Assembly (NCBI RefSeq): GCF_009834535.1
Contig: NC_045696.1
Coordinates: 116,190,001 to 116,254,000 of the forward strand
DNA from: Camelus ferus
Taxonomy: Eukaryota
Reading direction: 5' to 3'
DNA: 64,000 nucleotides
The number at the start of each line of letters is the position of its first letter. The stretch's first letter is position 1. A program made the position numbers and the translations under genes. The notes beneath the pieces were generated by a model. It was not told the DNA's origin and made no database searches. It was given only the letters and a program-made list of their open reading frames with translations. Positions 25,496 through 36,690 of the stretch are shown here, piece after piece.

Positions 25496-26488
25496 GTAAG
25501 AACTCTGTTTATCCGTGGCCCGTTAGAGTGACTTAAGACTTTTCTAAAAATAATTTCCTTCTTACCATGTTAGAACTCTGTTTATCTGTGAGATTTAACA
25601 AGAAAGTACTTGTCCTTTGGGTCCACAGAACCAAGGCTCTTTGAGAAAGTTGTTTCCTTGGTCTATTCAAAAGACTTGACCACCTTAAGCCACCATCCTC
25701 CAAAGCAGTTGAAAACAAATGACTCTCTGCACTGCCTCACTCAGTTCTCTATAACCTCAGCAGCTGAGCTAAGGAACGTAAATCCTACCTGAGGGGTCAG
25801 CCCACCCCAGACAGTGGATACATTCCAGATCATTTTTGCTGCTGAACCACTTCTAAACTTAACACCACAATTTTTCTGTCACTGTGTTGTGGTCGTACTT
25901 CCCAGGGCCTACGTTCCTCCCTTGCCTTACACAATGCCTTACTCATTTTTCAATAAATACTTGTCACACAAATGGATGAATAAAAGAATCCAAATGTCAT
26001 AGGTTCCCCACACTTATCTAGTGTGCCTGCTTCATGCCCCAGTCCCTCAGAAACTGCATTATTGCCCACGTCCAAGTTTCTAAGATCTGGCGTATGACTG
26101 CCCTGAGGTGCCATCTGGACCTCTCCTATTACTTGAAGCTCAGAGTATTTCTGTCCTGCCCTGAATTGATGGCACTCAGCCTGGAACTCTATTTAGATTT
26201 TATAGAGTCCTTTGCACATCTTTCAAGATCCCTCCTCCCAAGTTGAATCTCTCAGTTTGGAAAGTAACTTTGGATCCATTTTTCATGAGACCACACCCTA
26301 GAATGACTGACCGAGCCATAACCGCACGTTCAAAATTTTCAATTCTGCTCTCTCTACTAGGTCTCTTTACTTTGTCCCTGTCTGTCCTCTCCTAATGTAC
26401 ACTGTCATTGTCCAAAGTCTTATTCAGACAGGTAATTCTTTTCTCTTTTTATATAGACGGATCAACAATTCCAAATATGCTGGTTTCT

Positions 26489-27242
26489 TTTTTTTTTTTT
26501 AATTGAAGTATAGTCAGTTACAATGTGTCAGTTTCAGGTGTATAGCATCATAGTTCAATCATACGTATACATACATATATTCTTTCTCATATTCTTTTAA
26601 ATTATGTACTATAAGATATTGAATATAGTTCCCTGTGCTATGCAGTAGAAACTTACTGTTTATCTATTTCATATAGAGTTGTCAGTATCTGCAAATCCCA
26701 AACTCCAAATTTATCCCTTCCCACCCTCCTTCCCCCCAGTAACCATAAGTTTGTTTTCTATATTTGAGTCTGTTTGTTTGGTAATAAGTTCATTTGTCTC
26801 ATTTTTTTAGATTTCACATATAAATGATACCATATGGTGTTTTTCTTTCTCTTTCTGGCTTACATCACTTAGTATGACAATCTCCAAGACCATCTATGTT
26901 GCTGCAAATAGCATTATTTTATTCTTTTTTATGGATGAGTACTATTCCATTGTATAAATATACCACAGCTTCTTTATCCAATCACCTGTCCATGGTCATT
27001 TAGGTTGTTGCCATGTCTTGGCTATTTTAAATAGTACTGCTATGAACATTGGGGTGCCTATATCTTTTCTAATTAAAGCTTCCTCTGGACATGTGCCCAA
27101 GAGTGGGATTGCTGGATCATAGGGTAACTCTATTTTTAGTTTTTTAAGGAATCTCCATACTTTTCTCCATAATGGCTGCATCAATTTACATTCCCACTAA
27201 CAGTGTAGGAGGGTTCCCTTTTCTCCACATCCTCTCCAGCAA
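26489..27242 (-). mobile_element. 5'-truncated L1 with TSD
   Basis: Poly-T start; TSD ccaaatatgctggtttct / ccaaatacactggattct; ORF2 peptide [25 protein letters not shown]. Confidence 0.93.
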
Positions 27243-27599
27243 CCAAATACACTGGATTCTGTAACTACCTTTAGAAATACATTCTAGTGCATCCAGTAAT
27301 ATAAAACACTCAGATTTAAGGGGGAAAAACCCTCTATCTCATGCCAGTATTCTGCTGTCTCTTCTCCTATATCAAGTTGAGTACCTTCAGAGAAAATGAA
27401 AAAATATTTTAGAGTACCTATTATGTGCCAGGTTCTCTGGTAGATTTGGAAGATATATTGGTGAACAAGACAGTCGAGGTACTGGCCCTCACAGCATGCT
27501 TAGCTGGCTCATTTTTCATAGATTGGTGTCACTACCAATTCACAGTTCCCAGGACAAATGGGTTTTCAGCTCTATCCAACAATCATATTTGTTCTAGAA

Positions 27600-28290
27600 A
27601 ATTCTTTCCCCTGTTTCCTAGCATGACTCTTTCAAAACACCTCCACTCACTGCAAGCTCCTCACCCTCCACCTGCTTCCTTAATCTTGGGTCATGAAACC
27701 ATCTCCTACGTCACAGAAAAAAGAGGATTCATCACTTGGGAACGTACTCAGATGTCATCTCCTTCCTCAGTTCAAAATGTACAGCCAACTTGGCTTCTTT
27801 CCTCCTGTTGGAGCAGATATCGGCTTCCTTGTCTCTGAGATAAGTCTGGTACATCCTGGCTTCCTCAGATGTCTCCATTCATCAATTGTCTTTACCTCCC
27901 TTTCCTAAGTCCTTAACATTCCCATTCCACAGATTCCTTCCTGTTTAAGCAGGCTGAAGTCACTCTTGGTCAAAAGGAAAACCCTATGTCAACCTTCTCT
28001 GTCATTTCTTTCCTTTTCCCTTCCTTTCAAAGCCAAGCCTTTTGAAAAATGTTTCTCCATTCGTGGTTTCCACGTGTGTATCTCCCACTCAGCCCCCATT
28101 TATCTTACACAATTTATCCTGCTCAGCACTTCCCTACTGACCCTAGTCTCACAAAAGTTAGAAAACAATTATGTTGATAAACATTGTACCTTTCCATTCT
28201 TAGCTTGCTGGCTTCATCAATGCATTTTACATCCCTGATTTCTCCATCACAATTGAAACATTCTCTTTTCCTGGAATCTATGGTCCTCTA
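27600..28290 (+). mobile_element. L2 LINE remnant
   Basis: Pyrimidine-rich degenerate L2-like text. Confidence 0.55.
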
Positions 28291-28299
28291 CCCTCTGGC

Positions 28300-28490
28300 T
28301 GTTTTTACTTTCAGTACCTTAAATACAATGTGCCACTCCTGCAGAGTTTTGCTGAAAAATCTATTGATAGTCTTATGAGGATTTCCTTGTATGTTAACAA
28401 GTTGTTTTCCTCTTGTTTTTAATAGCCTCTCCTTGTCCTTACACTTGACATTTTAATTATAATGTGTTTTGGCGTGGGTCTCTTTGGATT
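28300..28490 (-). mobile_element. Old L1 ORF1-region fragment
   Basis: gctgaaaaatctattgatagtcttatgagg...ttataatgtgttttggcgtgg. Confidence 0.65.
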
Positions 28491-30989
28491 CCAAAGATTC
28501 TTTCCCACTATATAAAAGGTTATCACTTTTCAATATTTTTAAGATAAACTTTTCCTACTTTTATAATCAGGCAAAAAGTTATATTTTTTTTAAAAATTTA
28601 TCCTCAGAATAAATGTTTGCCTGAATCTACACTGAATCTTCTCAAAAGATCATTACACACATGCATGAATACATGCAATTCTAAAAATAATTTGAGCAAC
28701 ACAAATACAAACATAGACTCTTCCAAGGTGATTATTCTGAAAATGACTTTCTGGTGTAACACTCTGGGATTTTTTGCAATGTATAATGATGGCTGATTTA
28801 ATAAATATTGAGGAGACAGTTTAAACAAAATCAGCCTAGATCACCCTAGATTTTCAAACATTTTCACTGAAATCAGAGCCATATAATTTGTGGCAACATT
28901 TGAAAAATCATAAACCATCATATAGGTTCAATAATCAAACAGCCTGAGGAAGCCCCAAATCCCCAGGTTTTGACCTGGTCAAATTTAACAACATTCAACA
29001 TGGGGGGAAAAATGAGGAAATTCAATTTCCATTTATTTTAGACTCTTTTATAACAATAGCTAGTTTAAAAGTCATTCTTATAGCATTTAAGCCTCATTCT
29101 AATGATTTCAGAAATTGAAGAGTGGGCAGTAAACAGAAAATAAAGTTATCCTGGGAAATAAATTTGACTCTGCAATATTTGGCCATGTGATTCCCAGAAA
29201 CATCCACTGCATTTGTGAATTCTTCTCATAACTTCCCTGCTCACATGTTTCCCCTGCAACCGTGTGACAATAATTTATCTATTGTCACATTTCTAGAATT
29301 GTATTTTTTGCTACTGCAGTGTTATATACTTGATTTATATTTTCCGTCTTGTGTTGAAGATAGTTGAATCAGACTTCAAATAAGCATATTATAAGACCCT
29401 TCAGAGAGGGGATTATTTTAAATAACAGTTGGCTTTTACCTGAAATTGCAATCAATCACACCCAGAAAAATGCATCTATACTGTAAGTGTAATTTTTTAT
29501 TATTTAAATCTGATTTTCCATCATTTTATGTGTATTTTAAAGGATCTCTTTTGATTCCTTCTATATGTGTATTTTATGTGTATTTTAGAATCTGAAACAT
29601 AGAAGGTGTACAACTTTCCCTGGGAAAATATGCCATCTGTTTTCCCCTTAAAATGCTTAAGCGTGAATATATAATTGAGGGTTTTAAAAATAATTTGCCA
29701 CTTAAAATTACCCCCCCAAAAAAATATGTTAAGCAAAAAGTTCAATACAAAAGCCATCAAATAATATACAATTTGCTAGTTAGATTCCATATATAATACC
29801 AAAAAATCACCAGATCAAGATTTAAAGATAAATAACTAACAGCATGTTTTGCATGTATTCTAAAAAGTTCAACAGAATAAAAATACTCCAAAAGATGGGG
29901 GTTGGGGGAGAAGGGTACTCCTTGGAAGTAATCACAACAATTAGATAACTTTTCTATTATTCAGTGGAGCCAGTGACATTCAGAGTTAAAGTATTTTACG
30001 ATAATTATTGGTCATGTCTGTGTTTTACAAAACATAAACACTGGGAATAAAACAGGCATTACTTTCAAAGAAATGGGTTTGAATTCATTAAACATATAGA
30101 TTGATATTTTTAACAGAAGCTGTCTAAAAATTATGGCTGGGGTATCTGGATCTTGATTAAAATTCCATGAAACCTGGCAAAGCTAGGAAGCTCAAGAAAA
30201 AAGATGTAATTCCATCTTCAGGCTAACTCCCAAACACCAGTTTTGTGCGTGTATGTGTGTGTGTGCCCACGCGCGCATGTGTGATTATGAAATATACGTA
30301 TGATCTACTGGGTAATACTCTGTTGAAACTTGTCACCGTTTTTCACTTTGTCACCTCCATTCCTCCCAGGGGTAAATCTAGTTCAGTAACAAGGTAGCTT
30401 TTCCAATTTCTTAAGTTTCCCTGTAGGATGTATCTTCTGCCTACTCTGTTTGCCGTCGCTGACCCACTCACCTCCCCTGCACATACCCATGGTCAATCTC
30501 TTCTTACATAACACAAGGAGATCCAAATACAAATATTTACGGCACACTTACCTCTGTTTCTTATTTTCCACAGCCTAATTTTTCTTCTCTCTCTAATTTT
30601 CTCCATTTCTTTCTGTTTCTGACTTTCTGCATTCAAAATCTCACTTTTATCTGGGACGGCTGAAGTGTTCATCATTTGTTGATCATGTCTGAAAATTGTT
30701 TCTCAATAAATTATTCTGAAACCTTCTAAAGATAGTTTATCATTCAGGAATGGACTTCCAGATATATTCCCTTTGGGAGTTACTAGTTCTACAGATTGGG
30801 ATGTTAAAACTGGGGACTACATTGCCTGAGCCTAGTTTGTGGATCCAGGTCCTCATCCAACAGAGAACTGGACGGAGGTCCTTTACTATATGACTGATAT
30901 TTCCTTTCAGCAGTGGCCCAAGAACTCTGTTTGCCCTCATATTTCAACATATATTCCAAACAGAACCAAAATCAAAGATGTAGTTGGCC

Positions 30990-31985
30990 ATGTAATCAGT
31001 TAGTTGACCAACTGAGAATTCTTCAATCCTTTTCACTCTCAACCCTCTCCCTTCTCCCCTAATTTACCTGAAATTACATTGTCAGTCTCCACAATCTCTC
31101 CTTTGTCCTTTCGTTTCTTTTTACTGCCTGGAATATCCCCAGCCTTGATTAAATGTTGTGACGCTGCAACAGTCTCGTGCACCTGAAAGCTGATGGAGAA
31201 AATCACTCCACCAGACTGACCAGGGCCAACTTAAATTCCTTCCCACCAACTCTAGGGGGCCCTTTGTGGAACCCACTAATAGTGCCTCATGTCCATAGTT
31301 CATCCATTCTCCCACTTTCCCAGCCAACTACTCCATGCCTTCTGTTCTCTCTGCAAAGTATACTTCGTCCTGCCCCATCTTCTTTCTTAGCTGAATGAAA
31401 AAAATATAGAAGGAATCAGAAGAGATCTTCCATGACCTGCTCCCACCACATTTACCCACCTGCCGACATCTGTGTTCATAAACTCTGTTCTTCCCAGATG
31501 AATTATCTAACTCCCAGCAATGGCCAGCCCTACACTTGTATACTACCTTCACTCCCTGCAAGGTGATATTTCTCCAACAATCCTTTCCTCTCTTCTCTGC
31601 ATCTACTCTTCTCTCTACTTGGTTATTTCTGTCAGCATACAAACTTGCTATCTCCAATCTTCATAGTTTTCTCCCACCCTAAAAAATATAGTCTGTTTCT
31701 TCTCATATTCTCTAGGTGCAACCCTATTTCTTTCGTCCTTTTAAGCAAAATTCCTGAAAAACTTGTCTATACTTGGTGTCCCAAGTTCTCTCATTTTCTC
31801 TTAGAGCATTCCAACCAGGCCACCCTCAATCATGCCACCTTCATTTTTGACCTCCACATTGCTAAATTCAAAGACTACTTTTCTCTTCTTATTTGATCTA
31901 TAAATAGCACTGAAGACTGCCTATCCATTCTCTTTCTTCATTTGACCAAAAAAGGCATCACTTCCTCTGATTCTCCACCTACATC
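30990..31985 (+). mobile_element. L2 LINE remnant
   Basis: L2-like gctgatggagaaatcac...cagcatacaaacttgcta...gacctccacattgctaaattca. Confidence 0.7.
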
Positions 31986-31989
31986 CCAG

Positions 31990-33800
31990 GAGTGCAAGGA
32001 TAGTTCAATAAGGGCATTATAAGATCACCATTTCTGTTATTTGTTATTTCTGTTATTTTCTATTATCTTGAAAATTCTAGGCAAGTCAATAAAACAATAA
32101 GGAAAAAAAGAAGCAAAGACACCTAAATGGAGAAAACAAAATTATTATAATGAATAGAGGATTATCTACTTAAAATTTTAATGACCCAGAAATAACTTTA
32201 ACACACAACTTGTAGTTCCTAAGTGAGGGGAAACACTAACTGTTACTGAGAGATATGAAAGATGACAAAATCAGAAACCAAAATAAAATAGGAAGTGAAT
32301 AGCCTATGGAAAGTTTGGAGACAGCTTCTGAAGCCCTTAGTTACAGAACTAGATACCACAGTCCTAGATTAGAAACCTAAGTATCATAGAGATGTCAATG
32401 TGAACAGATTCATCTACATGTTTAATAAAATTCTAACCAATATCTCAGTAAGATACTTTCTACAAAGTGTTAAAATGGTTCTCAAGTCTATCAAAAAGCT
32501 GTGACAAGCCTCACAGGAGAGAATCAGTGGCAGAAATGGGGAAATCCAAATAAAGTCTGAAGTCTAGCTAATAATATGCTTGTGTTAATTTCTTAGTTTT
32601 AATAATTGTCGTATGGTTATGAAAGATGTTAATAGTAAGGGAAGTTGAGTGAAGAACATCAGGGAACTTTCTGTATTTTCCTTGGAAATCTTCTATGAAT
32701 TTAAACTTATTTCAAAGTAAAGGTGTAAATAAATAAACTAACAAAGAGCAGGGAAGTTTCCAAACAGATATCAAAACATACAGTAAAGCTACAATAATCT
32801 AAACAATACAGATTAAACAGAGGTAGATGAAGCAATTAAACAGAGTAAAACAGATGAATTCAGTATCACAATCAATGGAGAAGGATTATTCAGCAAATGG
32901 TGCTAAATCAGTAAGTTAATTATGGGCTTGATAGGAAATCAAGTTTAGATTATTACCCAAAGCAACAAAGCAAAGTAAATTCTAACTGGAGTGTACAACT
33001 CAACATTTAAAATAAACCATTTTTCTTCAAAACCAAACAAGAATATAAGTAAATACTTACCTGATCACAGGATATAAGAGGAATTTCTAAGAATAACAAT
33101 CACACACACTTATCTGATCACAGGATACCTAAGAATAACAATCACACACACACAAAAAAAAAAAACTATGAAAAACAATTTTTAAAAAAGTTTGGAGAAA
33201 AATTTAGAACTTCTGTCTAAAAACTCCAAAATAATTGAAAGGTTAAAAGAAATGTCTGGAAAGTTATTTGTCACAATATAAGAGGGAAAAGGTTAAGGCC
33301 TGACTTTGTTGATTTAATCAAGATACAAGAATTAATGCAGAATCATTCATAGGCGATAGGAACCAAGGCAAAGTACATGAGCAAACAACCCCAAGAGAAA
33401 TTAAACTGGTTAACAAATATACTTTTAAGTTAAAAAAATAATACGTTTTGCCATTATATTTGCAAATATCCAAATGGTAATAACCAGGGCTGATGAGAAT
33501 GTAAGTTAGACAAGCCTCCTGGAAAGAGATGTGGCAATGGAGCAAAAGGGCCTTTAGAATGGTCATTTCCACTTGTCTGTATATTGGTGAAGATTTATAT
33601 ATATGACCACTTGTCAAATTGTTAGTGACAGCAAAAACCGGAAATGATCTACATATCTGTACATGCACACACACGCACGCACGCACACACAAACTAGAAG
33701 GAAAACCACAATGAACAGTATTTATTGCTCAGTGGTGACATTATGAGTAAATTTTACTTTTCTTCCTTTTAATTCTCTAAATTTCCTAATCTCTGGTAGC
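31990..33800 (+). mobile_element. Highly degraded L1M ORF2 and 3' fragments
   Basis: cccaggagtgcaaggatagttcaat, ggattattcagcaaatggtgct, and an L1MC-like tail at ~32530-32730. Confidence 0.65.
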
Positions 33801-34493
33801 ATCTATTGTATAATTTTAGGTTCTTTGTATTTTTCTCCCTTCACTAACGTTTCTCCAATTTTTCTTGTGATTAGGAGAGAAATCCAAAGTTTTTACACAG
33901 AGAAAATTGAATCTAATACACGGAGGAATATAAGAAATACTTAAATGCACCTAGGTTTTTAAGCATTCAAAAATATAGGACAAGAAATTTTAATGTGAGC
34001 CGATATTTTGATATCCCACAGGAGACAATAAAACAGACAGCTGTATTAAATGTGAGAACATATTAAAATAAGAGAACTTGTTTTAATCGTGTTGGGCTAC
34101 TGGGCACCTCCTCATTTCAGGGAGAAACCAATCAATTGTATATAGTTTCTGGGTCTTTCGTTTCCTATTTCCCAGTCATAGACCCAAACCTCTGGTTGAT
34201 AAATTCTAATACTCTTTCTGGTTCTTTCATTATTTCTTGAGGCTTCTGGGGTCCACGGGCCAGAGATCACTCTGGGCCTTGGACAGCTGGGTCAGTTCCA
34301 GGATTACTGGAGATTCCAACCTGCTCCAGGCACTACCTAGTTGGATGTGAATGTCATCCTCAAACACATACTTCTTTCACCATTGTCTCCTGAATGTGGG
34401 GAATTGCTACTGGTTTTTCAGAAATAAGTGACAGTTTTCAAACTTTTTCTTTTTCTTTTTCTTTTTTTTTGGCCGGGGAGGAAGAGGCAAAAC

Positions 34494-34939
34494 GTTTATT
34501 TCAGGATTACTTTATAGATGAATCACAGATAATATAAAACTGCGTATGAAAATAATATCCCACCCTAATTATCAAAAGTTTAAATGATGCCTTAAAAGAG
34601 ATACACAACATCCCCTTAAATGGATGAATAAATAGATAAATAGAAGATGGGTGGATGGATGATGGATGATCATACTTAGATAATACTTGCTTCTGATTCA
34701 GGAGAGTTTATTTTCAGACTGAGGGAGGTGGTGTGTGGTTATATGAAATTGGCAACTTCTCTGTACCTTTCTAACATTCAGACATCACCTCTTTCCTGTC
34801 TGCTGCTCCACACTTGAGCTTTCATCACTAGACCTCCCCTCTGATAACTGATGAAACTTCCTGACTCCTGGACCACCAGTTCTGGCAAAACCCACTCAGC
34901 TCATTCTCCTGACCTCTATGCAAAGGTTGACACTAGAAA
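34494..34939 (+). repeat. Copy 2 of the ~450-bp duplication, preceded by a T-rich tract
   Basis: Colinear with 19193-19227 plus 19706-20133; T tract at 34444-34470. Confidence 0.92.
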
Positions 34940-35367
34940 CAATATTTAGCTTTACTGTGGTAAATACTTTGGCATTTTCTAGTCTATTCTTTTCTGTTGT
35001 TTCCTCTTTTTTTAACCTACTAAATTGATTTTATAAGCTTCCAGTGAGCTCTGATACTAAGGGTAAAAAACACTGGGCCAGAAAATATGGAGGTTGCTAG
35101 TTAAGAAAGAAGGGAAAAGGAAGGAAAGAAAGAAAAAAGAGGAAGGAAAGGAAAGGAAGCAAATAACAAAAATTCTCACAGTCATGTGTTCAGAAATGGA
35201 GCAAAGGACTGATCTATGCAGAATGGGGTATCCATCAGTATTGGCGCTTTTATGAAGAGTTTCTAGAAGTAGGGATTCTTTTTTAAAACAATTGTAGGTG
35301 CTATGCAGACCTAACACTAAATAACATTGAATATTCGAGTGAGGCGGTTAGTTTCCTTTAGGTTCTA

Positions 35368-35502
35368 TGGTCGTCCTTTGCTATTTGCAGGGGGTTGGTT
35401 CCTGGAGCCCCCCCACAGCCCTCCCTCACTGCAAATACTGAAATCTGTGTATATGGGAATCCGCAGATATCAAAATCCATGGATGCTCAAGTTCCTTATA
35501 TA
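35368..35502 (+). mobile_element. MER2/Tigger-type MITE fragment
   Basis: gggggttggttcctggag...caaaatccatggatgctcaagttccttatata. Confidence 0.7.
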
Positions 35503-35739
35503 TGATCAATGCAGTCCTACGAGTACAGCCATAAAACGAATAGTCAGCCCTGACTCCACGGGTTTGGTTGGCATCCTGGGCAGGGCTGGCTGTATTTCAT
35601 TCCTTCTGATTATCATATATACAAAGCCACAGTTGTCCATTCTTGCTAGGGAAACCTCTTTTTCAAAAGTATGTGTGTTTTCATTTGATCAAATATGCAC
35701 ATGGAACAGCAATGAAAATAATGGCGAAAGTTTACGTAG

Positions 35740-35950
35740 CTTTGCTGCATGCCAGGCACTGTTCTAACCACTTTTCACATATTTTGTTTCACCTGCATTA
35801 TAATTCTGTGAGGTAAATATAGTCAATATCCCCATTCTACAGGTTAAAAAACTAAGATGGAAGGAAATTGACTTGCTCAAGGTAACACAGCTGATAAGTG
35901 GCAGAGCAAGTATTTGACCCCAGACAAGCTAGCCCGTGCTCTTAACTGCC
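35740..35950 (-). mobile_element. MIR SINE
   Basis: tgccaggcactgttcta...ccccattctacagg...gacttgctcaaggtaacacagct. Confidence 0.75.
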
Positions 35951-36116
35951 AGTCTGTGATGGAAAGGGTCCAAAACCACCCACGGTGAAAAGTTAGACTC
36001 CCTTCTGCTCTGCCCCAGCCATCTGCCCACTTCTTCCCATAGGATACAACCACTGTCGCTGTGTTTTTGTAAATCCTTCCAGAAATTTCTATATGTATAA
36101 TAAACAAATAAAAACC

Positions 36117-36690
36117 CATGCACCCCAATGTTCATAGCAGCACTATTTACAATAGCCAAACCATGGAAGCAACCTGAATGTCCATCAACAGATGACTGGA
36201 TAAAGAAGATGTGGTATATTTACACAATGGAATACTACTCAGCCATAAAAAAGAGTGAAATAATGCCATTTGCAGTAACATGGATGGATCTGGAGATTGC
36301 CATTCTAAGTGAAGTAAATCAGAAAGAGAAAGAAAAATACCATATAATATCACTCATATCTAAAAAAGACACAAATGAACTTATTTACAAAACAGAATCA
36401 GACTCAGAGACATAGAGAGCAAACTTATGGTTACCAGGAGGAAAAGCGGGTGGAAAGGGATAAATTGGAAGTCCATTATCTGCAGATACTAACTACTATA
36501 TATAAAATAGATGAACAACAAGGTCCTACTGTATAGCACAAGGAGCTATAGTCAATATCTTATAGTAACCTGTAATGAAAAAGAATATGAAAACGAATAT
36601 ATGTGTGTATATGTATGACTGAAACATGATGCTGTGCACCAGAAATTGACACAGCATTGTAAACTGACTATACTTCACTTGTAAAAAAGG
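36117..36690 (+). mobile_element. L1 3' end
   Basis: ORF MFIAALFTIAKPWKQPECPSTDDWIKKMW plus 3'UTR. Confidence 0.92.
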
